DNA from: Priapulus caudatus | Lineage: Eukaryota | Reading direction: 5' to 3' | DNA: 20,000 nt | Assembly (NCBI RefSeq): GCF_000485595.1 | Contig: NW_014577084.1 | Location: 609,275-629,274, forward strand | In this document: positions 1-13,190 of the stretch, in pieces | How positions within the stretch are numbered: the first letter of the stretch is position 1 | Layout: every line of letters begins with the position of its first letter | The notes under the pieces: generated by a model | What the model was told of the DNA's origin: nothing | The model's database searches: none | What the model saw: only the letters and a program-made list of their open reading frames with translations | Position numbers and translations under genes: made by a program

Positions 1-2780
1 CATAGCACGCTGCACCTGTAAGGGATGATCAATTGCCCCAGCCCGCCGTGCAGGTGGTCAGGTTTCCCACGAAAACAAAAGTAAGTCCGTAACGATTGGC
101 TTTAGCAGAGACGGCGGATGAGCCGAGCATCTCCGAAATCTCGGATTAGCATGCTTCCGTGCCCGCTCGGGTTACAACGTGATATAAATGCTAACGACAC
201 TCTTAGACGGTTGCCTCGGTTTAAATACACGTCCTTTCCATTGGACGGACGTGTCGTTGTCTCACGATGCCCATGCCGTCTCCATGTACGTAGTCACAAC
301 AGCAGCGTGTGTATGTATATAGCCGTCGGGCCGACAAGCACGCATCAGGGTGCTGTGATGATATTAGTTGTACGATCTATATCACCTGTCACGCATTTAG
401 TATAAGGTCTATTCATAGTGTTTGTCCTTGGCATGCTGTGTAACAGCCCATTATCTACACTAAGTATAGGTCGTGTACAATTAGCACGTATGCACGTTCT
501 TCCGCAACGGACACAGATTTATAATTAATTTGTGTTAACGTCAGGTAAAATATGAAAATGCACCGTCCACCGGTGATTTTTACTGTTCAATAAATCAATG
601 AAATTCTCTATTATTGGCGCGTACTGCTGAATGAGCCGTATCTTGGAAAGCGAATTCGAGAGAAATGAGTCATGAAATTATTTTACTTAAAGTTACTTAA
701 ATTAGAAGATGGGCAGTACCTAGCGTCAGTGGACTGTAGTCTCGATACGCCCCGCGCTTGTGATCGCAGCAGAGGCTCTAGGCATTCATTACATTACATT
801 AGCAGCCGATTTTACCGATAATCCTATGCGTTTGTTGCAGAACATGACCGACCATATAGTAGGTGTATTAGATATTTCCCGCTCATCGTTCATTTCCGCG
901 CGTCGCAAAGTGCGATGCAGTGCGCCGCGGATCTAGGTACGTGGTAGTTGTGTATATAGCCTGAACCTCCGTGCGCACGTACGCAAGCTGCATGGGGAAG
1001 CGACGCAGGGTTGCTGTGCAGGGTATAGGAGCGATGCTGGAGCATCATTACCGATAATGCTGTGCATACTGTCATTACTGATATATTTTGCCTGTGGGAA
1101 TTGCGCGGAGTCTGACTGCGAGGCTATATATATATACCTTGCACTTGTGCTGTCTACTGAGTCTGTGCGTCCTGTCTACGCGCTTCGGGGAGTGGTGGGA
1201 GGGGGCCGCTGTTAACCCTCGACGCGCGCGCTCTTCCACGATTGTTCTTGTGCGGGGAAATTTCCGGGTAAATAAGGCGACCAGAGAAATGCTCCGCTTG
1301 ATTTATTTTACCTATCTCACGGGCCGATCGGCGGCCATGATTGTTGATGATGTGAGGGAGGGCACAAGGCGACTGCGATTCTGCACGCAGCCTCCTCCTC
1401 TGCGAGCGTGCGCCGTAGCTGTTCAGCTATAGCTGCTATAGAGAGGCTTCTCTGCAGCTGTTGACGAGCAGCGCTAGGGTAGACGGACTGCATGCGCAGA
1501 GCTCCATTACTCACTCATTCATGGTATGGGCGGCAGATTTTTGCGCAATGCTTCAGCGCGTGTTAGCGCGTTGTTGGTGCAATGCGGCACGTTAGCTGCG
1601 CTGCAGTTCTTATTGCAAACCTTGCTATACTGCGCTGCCGAGGCCGCGCCTGCTGAGTGCCTTGCTATTCGCGAACGCTTACTCATTGAGCAGTCTGAGC
1701 AATTAGCGAAGGCGTATGAAATAGGCTCATGTTTGCTATAGAGAGTTACAGTCAGGTAATTCTGAAGTCACCACGTGTGAAATCTGGTTTACTGTCAGTG
1801 CATAACGGCTTCCGTCTAAGATATCGGGACAACTGCCAGCCAAATGTGATTTGCGTTCTGGCTTGTGTATCCAGACTCCAGGTGCTGTGCAGATAAGGCC
1901 TCACGAAAGTAGGAGGGCCCGCGAAATATAACTCGATCTCACATTGCAAATATTGTTCCTGTGCAAAGTACGCTTTGATATAGACGTGCGCATGTACACA
2001 CCCACGTCTGTCATTCGAATACACATTGCAAAACTAATAATACTAATAAAGTACATTAATAATTAGGTGTACTCGTGCTATTAGCTACGTCGCAATGTGG
2101 TATATCTACTATTGATATGAAGCCATTCGGGCGTGCCCACGTGACTAGAGAATTACAGTTGGTAAACATTCTGGCGACGCAGCAACAAATATCCAGTTGC
2201 AATTTTCCCGGCGACGTCTTTGACAAGCATCTCAAACGTCAGATCAATTAGATGTGATGTGCTATCAGGAAACAGCCGAAGTAGAGCAGCGACTGGCAAA
2301 TTAATGTGAATGAGTGTAACAGTAGGCGTATTCGAACGCGGACTATCAATCCGTCTTGACAGCTCTTCTCCGGGGATGGATATGACTTATTTATGACGGC
2401 GGGGCACTATAATTATTACATTTCAAATAATAAACTGCAGATTGTGTTTGGAGATGTTAGGAATACAAGTGCATGGGGGCGTCAACTTGTATATCGAAGA
2501 CGTTGAGATGTCTTGGTTGTAATCATGCGTAGCCAACACTACGTATCTTTTTGAGAACGACATGACAGTATACACTAATTACTCGGTAGGATGTAATGCC
2601 ACAATATCAAGAATGATGTATGAAAGTTATATTGAGTGAGACAGAAAGAGAGCTGATTGCAAGGCCGAGCGAGCAGCGGTGTCGAGTGTTTTCCAATGCT
2701 GAATAATTATATAAGAGGTGGTAAAGAGTTGTAGCGCTTTTAAACATATAAAGCGAACCCGAGAAGAAACTGCCCCGTAT

Positions 2781-2794
2781 GTGCGCGCGCGCGC

Positions 2795-2885
<91 letters not shown>

Positions 2886-2968
2886 TGCTTGCGTGCGTGC
2901 GTGCGTTGCGTGCTCGTGCATGCGTGCGTGTGTGTGGCCGGCCCTGCGTGCTTTTGTGTGTGCGCGTG
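2781..2968. repeat. Compound microsatellite (GC)n(GTGC)n(GT)n with degenerate tail
   Basis: Directly visible. It is the source of the CVCV/THTH ORFs. Confidence 0.97.
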
Positions 2969-3110
2969 TTGGAAAGCATGTGGGACGGAAATGAAATATG
3001 GAAGAGTCGCTAAAAAAAACTGCAAGTGCAATAAAGTGCATGCAGGAGCAAGTTTTAAGGCATATGAATGTGTGCATTACGTATGAATGCAGATATAAAT
3101 ATTACATCGC

Positions 3111-3140
3111 ATATATACATATATATATATATATATATAT
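3111..3140. repeat. (AT)n microsatellite
   Basis: Directly visible. Confidence 0.95.
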
Positions 3141-3946
3141 CCAGCACTAATCCACCGAGCGCGTTAAACGCCACGCAACCTATAACCCAATTAGTAATGC
3201 TGCACTATTTGATAGTGGCCTTAGAGGTAATAAACTTCATTAGTGCATGCAGAGACTCATCAGGGACTCGGCCTCATTGGCATTCATCACACAGTGGCAC
3301 CAGCAGCAATAAAGGCGCAGCATCCCGGCTGGTGTGTAAGTCTGATTCAGCGTGTCGGCACGCGTGCGTCGCTCGTCACGCCTACGAGTTGTTGTGCTAA
3401 AGTGTGCGCCCCCTGCGTCCGTACGCATCGATGCATGCATGATCAGACCGCCATTACTAGTTTGGGTTACAGCCTATGTAGCACCTCGCTTTGCGGATCG
3501 GAAGCAGGTAATGAATTTCCGCTGCTTCCATCTGGGCACGTAACCTGCTGCATGTTTCCACGCCAGCGCCGGTGCTCGCTGAAGCATTGCGTGGCGAGAG
3601 TAGAGGGATGAGAGGTTAAAAGGATTGATCACGGGCTAAGAGTTACAGAGTACAGGAGGCTTTGCAGTGTATATAGGAGGCGTTACGACCGTACTATTTG
3701 TTTCTCCCATTGCATGGCTTATACTGTAGTGCTGCGCTGTCATAAGCGTGAAAGGGCGGTAGGGTGTACCCGGTTCACTGTACTACTGTTTGAATATTTG
3801 GCGTCAATTTGCTAGCAGTCATTTTAGCGGTCGTTATGTTTCGTGTGATGAAAGCAATTTAGTAGCCTTTGCGCTTAACTTCACGTTCGCTTTTTCTACA
3901 TAGACACGTTGTGTAAAGTATCTGTATCCATCCCACCTCACCCCCT

Positions 3947-3979
3947 ACACGCACACGCACACGCACGCACGTACGCACG

Positions 3980-4046
<67 letters not shown>

Positions 4047-4173
4047 NNNNNNNNNNACACGGGCAACACGCGATACACGCGACGCACACGTACGCACGCA
4101 CGCGCTGCGCGCACACAACCCACACACACCACCACACCACCACACAACACACAACACAACACACACCACCACC
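3947..4173. repeat. (GCAC)n/(CA)n microsatellite spanning a 10-N gap (4047-4056)
   Basis: Directly visible. The part after the gap is a noisy version of the part before it. Confidence 0.95.
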
Positions 4174-4503
4174 AAGCCAATATTATTCCATATGTTACGT
4201 TTAAATCCACGTAATTAATCCGTTTTAAGAGTAGACATTTGTAAACAGTCGCTTGTCCAGAAGCCACACTCCCTCGCATTTAAAAATCGCGTCTTTATCG
4301 CGCCAAGACTGTATACAGCAGGCGGCAGGCGATCAATGCTCTGTCGCTTCGGGGGCTGATGCCTGCAGAACCCGGCACTCTAGCATATGTACCAAGCGGC
4401 AAGCTGTCTTCATCAGCAAAATTGACTCGTTTGCCTGCATGCATGCTCGGATGCGGCCGTTATCAGCACGCGTGCCTGCTCGTGGGCATCAAACGTCTAC
4501 ATG

Positions 4504-4505
<2 letters not shown>

Positions 4506-4538
<33 letters not shown>

Positions 4539-4740
4539 GCGTGTGTGTTGTGTGGCGGGCGGTGGCGTGCAGTTGCGTGTGGGTGCGTTGCGTGTGTGTG
4601 TGTGTGCGTTGTTGTGGCGTGATTGTGTGTGTGTGTTGTGTTTGTTATGGCGCGCGCGTGCGTATTGTTGCGTTGCCCGTCGTTGCCGGTCAGTATGCGT
4701 GTGTGTACGTGTGTGCGTGCGTATGTGTGTGCGCGCGCGG
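4506..4740. repeat. (GT)n microsatellite with degenerate GT/GC extension
   Basis: Directly visible. Confidence 0.93.
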
Positions 4741-4754
4741 TGTATACGTATAAC

Positions 4755-4797
4755 CAAGAGCGTATTAAGAAGCGTATACCTTCTTAATACGCTCTTG
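4755..4797. mobile_element. 43-bp palindromic transposon remnant with 7-bp TSD (P-superfamily-like)
   Basis: Perfect 18-bp inverted arms CAAGAGCGTATTAAGAAG / CTTCTTAATACGCTCTTG around a 7-nt spacer CGTATAC. Flanked by the direct repeat GTATAAC (4748-4754, 4798-4804). Confidence 0.8.
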
Positions 4798-5571
4798 GTA
4801 TAACCATACGTGTAGCTATAGCTGCGTGCATCTGTAGATCTGTCGCGGCGTTGCGTGGCCATTATAGATTTCGTGGCATTGCTTTGGGCAGGGTATCGGC
4901 TCGGTGTTTGTATGGCCGTGTCACTCTGCGGACACGTACCCCTACACGCGAACCTTGGCTGCCATTCACTTCCCAGCAAATGCGTCTGATCCGGGGACAT
5001 GACGTACATGGATTCCGGGGAATTGCGTACCATCTGAGATGCCCGTGTGACGGTCTAGATGAGGCACCGTCGGCCGCCTTTAACTGTTGGCAGGGGCGAG
5101 CATTTTCCATTCGCTTTTCCGTGTCAAGTGCGTTTCGTTGTCACGCATGATGTAGTCAGGACTCCAGCGCGAGCGACACGTGGGGTGTTCTTTTACGGCC
5201 GAATCAGTGCGTTGCTACCACTGAAGACTGGACCTACTAACTGAGGTCTTACTGGCGTTTGTGGGTGATACTGGTTCTCCTCGGTTGGGTTTACTCCACT
5301 CCATGCTAAATGCTCTGTAGCACTACGCACTATCATACACCTGTATCTGAATCACGGCGCACCGCCCGCGCCACAACACACACACGCACGACTGCGCACG
5401 CACTAGCACACACGCCACACACCAATTGTAGTGAAGTGAAGTCGCGCACATATTTTCAAGCATGAGATTATCAAAAGGCAAGGGGGGGGGCCTTTTGTCG
5501 CGGCATGTGACAGGCCTGGCCTCTGTACTGGATAAGATTACTTCTTCGGAGGCGGACTGCCACATTACATT

Positions 5572-5632
5572 ACACACACACACACACCACACCAACCACA
5601 CAACACACACACACACCACACACACACCACAC

Positions 5633-5670
<38 letters not shown>

Positions 5671-5710
5671 ACACACACACACCACCACCGCACGCACGGC
5701 ACGCGCGCGC
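5572..5710. repeat. Degenerate (CA)n microsatellite
   Basis: Directly visible. Confidence 0.93.
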
Positions 5711-5932
5711 TCCCATATGAATACTCGCTGGCCGGCAATTGCGATGACGCGGTTTTATGGGAATGTGAGAATTTGCGTTTTGTACTTTTTCAGTTGCGAC
5801 GCAATGGACATTGTATATTGCACGCAGTGCGCGAGGTCCACGCATGTCGTATTCCACTCGTTCATCGACGTCCAAGCGGACACGCGGACAACATCCTTAC
5901 TAATCTTTCAGTCAATGGTTTGCAGTCGGCGT

Positions 5933-6931
<999 letters not shown>

Positions 6932-7850
6932 GTGGGCACACTGTGAATGCAGCCACTTGTACACTGATATTTCCTCGCGCGTTTCCCGGCTGGTTGCTTT
7001 TATAGAGCCACCGTGCATTAGCTTTCGGAGTCGGTGTTCATCAGAGCGCGTGAAGCGAGTACTTCTTCGTAGCTGTACCACGACGCGGGAGAGCCTCTCT
7101 CACTGATCGATGCGCTGGTCTGCCCCAGAATACCTGTCACTGTAGCTGTAGTGGCGCGGATGAGAAATATCCCCGCGTACCATGCAAACGCCTACAAGAT
7201 TCAATCGGCTATGTGCATACGTTTGTGCCTACGCGCTTGCGTGTGTTCGTGTGTGACATCCCTTGTATATATTGACAGCACTCGGTTGTATAGTAGCTAA
7301 AGATATCGAGGTTCCACGTAAATAACGGCGCTGTGTGTACACGCTGCAATGTATCAGGGCCAATTATCAACATCAATCGAACTCGTCATCTATCCGGTCT
7401 CATCCATATATCAACCTACACGTATAAGAGCCTACAAGATAAGAACCTCCAACCCAATACAGTGTCCGAGGGCATCTTGCATCGCAACGATCGTTGAGCA
7501 TGTAATTATTGTAACATGATACAAAAGCTACTTGCTGTAACCAGATAACGTACGTTATGCCATGTGCTATACGGTTTACACCTCATCTCATCTTACGTTA
7601 CGGACCAATAATCATCAAGCACGCCTTTCAGCGAATTCGTGTATTTGTAGAGTACGAAATATGTGGATGGTTCGCTGTTCTGAGTCCTCGTGGCACGTTT
7701 AACCCGACTCTGATGTTGTTCGCAAAAATGTGTGTTTAAACTCGTCAAGACACTGGATAGTATATACGCTGAAAGAAGCAGCAGCGTTATACCGCAGACT
7801 GAAATGCTCGAGAACGCCGGATGGAAGTCAAAGAAAGACACTCACAGCAT

Positions 7851-7887
7851 CAAGAGCGTATAAAGAAACCTTCTTAATACGCTCTTG
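7851..7887. mobile_element. Second copy of the palindromic remnant (37 bp) with 7-bp TSD
   Basis: 17-bp arms CAAGAGCGTATAAAGAA / TTCTTAATACGCTCTTG (1 mismatch) around the spacer ACC. Flanks ACAGCAT (7844-7850) and ACAGTAT (7888-7894) match at 6/7. Confidence 0.78.
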
Positions 7888-8258
7888 ACAGTATCTTTAG
7901 GCTCTAGTGTGAGCCTGGAAATGCAAAACACATGGCTAAAGGGTAAAACACTGGGGATGAATCTGACGGAATCTTGCAGGCTGTGAATTATTTCGGTGTT
8001 CGATATTTATTCTTAGAAACATTATATAGGTTAATTGTGCCCGGACCTCCATACACGATGTGTGCGTGAATGTGTGTTCTGGGTCTTCACAGCGTACCAT
8101 GCGTGCCAAGCTCCCCGTGCACTGGTTCCAGTCCCAACCTATCGATATTTCGGGATCACCGCGCGTCGCACTGCATGCTATAAACGCGGCGAGGCACCAC
8201 TACGTGCATCCGTGCCCCGAGGTGTTGCACCTGGAAATATTTGGAAAGAAAATCCATA

Positions 8259-8580
8259 GACGGACGGGCGGACAGTCGGATCGATGGCTGAGTGATTACG
8301 GACGGACGGACGGACGGACCGATAGACTGACGGACGCACGGGCGGATGGATGGGTGGATGGATGGATGGATGGATAGATGGATGGATGGATGGATGGATG
8401 GATGGATGGATGGATGGATGGATGGATGGATGGATGGATGGATGTTGGATGGATGGGTGGATGGATGGATGGATGGATGGATGGATGGATGGATGGATGG
8501 ACGGACGGACGACGGATGGATGGGTAGGTGTGTGGGTTGGTGTGTGCGTGCGTGCGTGGGTTGGCAAGTAGGTAGGTGGG
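8259..8580. repeat. (GGAC)n/(GGAT)n tetranucleotide microsatellite
   Basis: Directly visible. It is the source of the MDGW/HPSI ORFs. Confidence 0.97.
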
Positions 8581-9431
8581 TAAATTGATTTATAGATTAA
8601 TACATTCATATCTATGTTGATAACAAGTATAGCCTATTTCCGTTTGAGTACATATTGTATATATACATCGTTGCAGGTGTGGCCTCTGGCGTAGTAGCTA
8701 GGCGGTTGATATAAAGATATAAGTGCACTAGATGATCACTAATATTTGGTGTGGACTGGGGCTAAAGTTTGATCATGTTATCACTAATAATAAAATAGTA
8801 CGGGTGCGGTGGCGGCTGTTTATCTATAAAGCCGAGTTGTATAGAATGTTCACGCTACCTTTAAAATGTTAGGTAGGAATTAATATTTCGTCATCAACTA
8901 GTATGAAGTGGCTTAGAGCTTTAGCGTTCTCTAGCGCTTTCATTTACAACTCCTGTCTTTCCAAATGCATATACTACGCATATTCCGCGTGATGGAATAT
9001 TTACCCCCACATATACATACCCTTGCATGAAACTCACTATGATACATAACCGCGTTTTTGTCAAGACGTATTTTTAGCGACCTCATTTTAGAGGGGTGCA
9101 CTCTCGTGGTTTATGGCTGGAGAACTCTGATGAAGCTGTAAGACAACTGACAGAGTCGATTAGAGCCCCCCCCCCACACACACACAAACTTACCGTCAGC
9201 TTTATGTGCAGTTGGAATAACTCGTCAATGGTTGCTCGATTGTGGCCAACCATCGCAGTACTAAAATAGCAGTGCTGTCTCGAACATATAAGACTAAGAT
9301 TAGCATAAAATCCAGACGAAGAAAAAAAAATCTAGTTGTTGGTTACACTAGACGGTGCAGCCGGTGCAAGCCCTATGTGTACGATGTGTATAGTCGAACA
9401 TCCCCTGTATCTTCTTGTAAGCCGCAATGTC

Positions 9432-9583
9432 GAAATGCCAGAATATGCCGACTCATATCAGTGTCCGGAATATGCCCAGACTATTCCGTCCAGAATATGC
9501 CGCCCAGAATATGCCGCCCAGAATATGCCGCCCAGAATATGCCCAGCCCAGAATATGCCGACAGAAATGCCGACTCATATCAG
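9432..9583. repeat. Minisatellite with ~14-bp unit CCCAGAATATGCCG
   Basis: GAATATGCC at 9441, 9468, 9493, 9507, 9521, 9535 and 9551, plus GAAATGCC at 9432 and 9564. Bounded by the direct repeat ATGCCGACTCATATCAG (9445-9461, 9567-9583). Confidence 0.9.
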
Positions 9584-11041
9584 CATCAACTAGACTTGCT
9601 GTTCTAATGTTGGTTATATAGAAATTCTTCATCAGCCAACAATCCGTAAGAGGCAGGGTGTAAACCCCCACTACATTATACGGAGGCTGGAAAACAATAT
9701 TACAAATTACGTGCAAGTTTAAGTTCAAATTTTAGCCACATGCTAAAGATGAATTTGGAGTCAGTTGTCATGGGAACACAGATGCAACACTGTTGCAACA
9801 GAACGAAGCCGATGTCATGAGAATTTCCCAAGGCGGTAGCGCACTTAGCACAAAACTACCATGCGTGAAAAGAATATCTTATAACCTATAATAATAATAA
9901 CCTATCAAGGTCACCCCCCCCCCTGGATCTGCCCCGTTAGTGACCTGTTCCTGTGCGGATTGCAAATGTGCTTTCTAAGATCCTCGCAATATCCGAAGAT
10001 TGCCCCTCATTCGGCCCGTTTGACGCTATGTCTGTGGATTCATAATTGAGATGGTAATCACGAAGCGTGTGATACTAGTTTCTCATCATTGATCACTCGA
10101 ACCGTACCTTCAGGCCTTCCCGATCAGGGAGTGGATTCTGTAATAGGCGAGTTGAGGGAATACCAATGGGGAATTCAGCGCTAACCTTTGTTACTGAAGG
10201 ATATTGTAGACTGATGTGACATCTCGTTCATGGGTTTAATTCATGATTACGAACGAGCGTACAATAGGTTTACGTTATGTCTGTACCTTACGTGATATCT
10301 TATACCTGTATATACTGTGTATATTTGTGACATTGATGTTGCATCTGTACTGTAGGTATAAATACAAATAATTCTATTACTGCCATGAACTGTATTTCCT
10401 GGCCGTAGTCGTAGAGCTCGACAAGAAGCTCACAACATCTTGAACACAATAACTGATAGACAGTAACTGATCGTTTGTGATCTCGTTGACACTATTGTGT
10501 GTGTGGAAGACGTGTAGGTAACAATCGATGCGAACGTAGGAACCGATGAAATTACGTCTACAGTTACAGTTTCATCACGTACGATTACAGTTTTATCGCG
10601 TCAGTGACCTGCAGCTATGTAGTTGTCTGTCTCGACAACCGTTCTTGTGCCCGTACGATGCGATGATCAATGCCTTTTATATCCGGGCAAACGGATTTCA
10701 TTAGAACCGTGACCGGTGGCATTTTGATATACGTAGTAGCGATAACCTCCCGCAGTTTGCACTATACATAGGTTTTCCGGCGAGCGGACATCTGAAACAC
10801 TGTAGGCTGTTCGCATACATGTAGGTGCTTCTCTTCAGGCGTACTCGAGGCGCCTCCCCTCCTACTCCCCTCCCTATTATCCGCCTAGGGGATACTCTAG
10901 CGCGAGTACATGGTAAATGGCATGGTTTTGCAGCGCGCGCACGAACATTATTATTCGCTGCAGACGATGCAGCATATTGTGTCAGTTTGTCATGTTACGT
11001 CGCTGCGTTGTTGCAGTATGTGTGAGAAAGCACGTAGAGTA

Positions 11042-11251
11042 CAAGCGCGTAGCCAGGGGGGTTCTGGGGGCCCTAGAACCCCCCAATAAAAATAAAAATG
11101 AAAAGAATAAAAATTCTCTATTTTCTTTTTCTCTTAAAAGCGCGTAGATGAGCACTATTTTTACATTTAACTCAAAAACAAAATTCAGACCACCTTGTTA
11201 CTCGCTCGAGGACCCCCCCCCCCCCAATCCAAATTCCTGGCTACGCCAGTG
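11042..11251. mobile_element. Non-autonomous hAT-type MITE (210 bp)
   Basis: Imperfect 16-bp TIRs: CAAGCGCGTAGCCAGG, and right end reverse-complemented CACTGGCGTAGCCAGG (13/16). Perfect 8-bp TSD GTAGAGTA at 11034-11041 and 11252-11259. G/C runs lie inside the TIRs around an AT-rich core. Confidence 0.9.
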
Positions 11252-12260
11252 GTAGAGTATGAGCAAGCAAACGGTCTGCCAACAAGAGATTAGGAAAGTC
11301 ATTGTTTTTATCGAGGAAAATATATGCAGTACATTCTCCTGCCTTCCAATAGTACGCTATAGTTATGTAACGATAGCAAAACCGCGGGTTGCCTTACTAA
11401 ATACAATTCCGTGAAGGATTGCAGTCATCACAGTAGCAATGCATATATATTTGAGGTGTGATCAATTACATCATAGGAGAAACTCATAATCATAAAGTTT
11501 TTTAATAATTGGTTAGGTTTTGTTTTCTACTAATAGGAACACACAATTTGCTAGTACCAGCGTGAAAAGAGTTAGTACGTAATGCTCTTCTTAACTAACT
11601 ATAGTGCACGGTGAAATTTCGTGGTACATGTAGAAGTATTTGCGTTAGCAGTCTTCCACTATTTGGTGTTTGGATTTGTGGTTTTTATTGCGTTGATCTG
11701 TCCCAGGATCAGCACCACGATGGAGGCTGGGGTCATACATATGCGCTTTGCCTCATGAAAGCTTGCGCTCATGAAAGCTTAGAAACCCTCGTGTTGCCAC
11801 TGGGTTCGGTTACTCACCAACACGACCGATGGCATTATTACTTGCGAGTGTTTTTTTAACAAGCATCTCAAGGGTCTAGATGAAGAACTACGAACGTGAA
11901 CTTTACTCCAGTCGATTTGTCGTTGCAAAACTGTACTGTACTCAGCTCCGTGACCAGCTGTTTTCAGACAGACCACGTTGTCTCCACGTATTATAGACTT
12001 TATAGTAATGATTATGTAAGGAAGAAGTGTACTTACGAGGACATTATATTAGTTACAATACCATTATAAACATTAGAAAATGCAGCAGTAGAAAGCCTGT
12101 ATACACGGAATGCTTGTACGTACAAAGGATTTACAACTAATTTTCTGATGGAACCTATTTAATCACTACCGCGATGAGTAGAATGATAAGAAATGTATTG
12201 GTGTATGGCTGTATAACCGGATCAAGACGGCGTGTGTAACATACATGTGCTTCTTTGCAG

Positions 12261-12393
12261 GTACAACATTGGCCGAGTTCTGAGAGCAAAGGGGGAAAAT
12301 CGTGCCGCCAGCCAGTGTTTAATGACAGCTATAGATCTAGAAGCCACCAGTCCAGTTCTTTCATTCGCCAGCATTCCACGAGTTGTGCTCTGA
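12261..12393 (+). CDS. TTC7: Terminal coding exon of a TTC7 (tetratricopeptide repeat protein 7A/7B-like) gene; upstream exons not found in this window
   Basis: Strong acceptor ttctttgcag|G, then YNIGRVLRAKGENRAASQCLMTAIDLEATSPVLSFASIPRVVL*. The leading G is a phase-2 base, consistent with a split TG|G Trp codon. The peptide aligns with the human TTC7B end as I recall it ([43 protein letters not shown]), including G.VL.A.G, C..TA..LEA.SP and the IPR terminus. Recognised from memory, not from a database search. Confidence 0.9.
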
Positions 12394-13184
12394 TATAGTA
12401 ACACTGCCACGGCACCCACATCCTTCAAATAACACGGAATAATTACGTTTGTCACACTACCAGTGTAAGTAGTTATTCTTCATTTTGACATTGGAAAGGA
12501 AGATGTGGGCAGTGTTTTCTGGAAAGAACATTGCCACTGAGAGAAGCTTATGTTTACTAGTCTTACTATGTAGTATGCTCCCCCCCCCCATCTTGGATCA
12601 TACAGTATTATACAGTATTCGTGTATCGTGAATTGTTCATGCTATTATAACCATCATCATTATAATAACTTTGTTAGTACGTTATCAATTATTCCTTAGT
12701 GATAACACGTGCTATTACACTACGTTATACATAAACATTTCCATGTATTTCTAGACATTTCTGTTAGTCGCAATACAATGTATTGTCATTTTAAAATTAG
12801 TTTACATGCCGTTAAAGTTAACTGTAGCGCACGCAAATTCAGGGTGTAAAGTTATGATATGTATATAATTGCTTTCGATGTAAATATGCATATAGAAAAT
12901 TACCGCATTTAGGCTCCGATTGTTAATTCTAATTAATTTTATCACGTATTAAATGTTATATTTGTTGAATGGCATCTTTCATAAATGAGGCAATAGAAAT
13001 TCACACTTTTGAACCCAGGCTACTGTCTTTGTAAAGTAGGCAGAAATGCCATATCAAGACCTAATCAATACAAACTTCTATGAGCGCCCGGGCCCATATT
13101 GCGGCAAGTGTGGAATATTATTTTTCGCGCAACTACCGATATTATTTCATCCGTAATAACGCATTCTAGGGACATTAAATATTG

Positions 13185-13190
13185 AATAAA
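13185..13190 (+). terminator. Candidate TTC7 polyadenylation signal AATAAA
   Basis: AATAAA about 0.8 kb after the TGA in AT-rich sequence, followed by a GT-rich tract (tttgtgattctggtgtgggtagtgtt, ~13221-13250). ATTAAA variants lie nearby. Confidence 0.5.

Noticed and set aside
1434..1745. 12-bp direct repeat TGCTATAGAGAG 300 bp apart, a possible TSD of a SINE-like insertion
   Set aside because: No Pol III boxes, tail or TIRs inside. One such match in 20 kb is compatible with chance.
2607..5033. CVCV/THTH/RARA ORFs resembling Cys- or His-rich metal-binding proteins
   Set aside because: Translations of GT/CA/GTGC microsatellites in several frames on both strands.
7767..7850. LKEAAALY peptide as a possible upstream TTC7 exon
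   Set aside because: Similarity is limited to a few residues, the downstream sequence does not follow TTC7, and there are no good splice sites.
8178..8609. MDGW/HPSI repeat ORFs
   Set aside because: Translation of the (GGAT)n microsatellite.
9432..9583. Possible CRISPR-like array
   Set aside because: Units are ~14 bp and contiguous with no unique spacers. The context is eukaryotic and there are no cas genes.
9914..9936. CCCCCCCCCCTGGATCTGCCCC resembling the right end of another hAT MITE
   Set aside because: No matching left TIR or TSD was found. At most a fragment.
11752..11780. CTCATGAAAGCTT repeated twice
   Set aside because: Simple short local duplication with no further structure.
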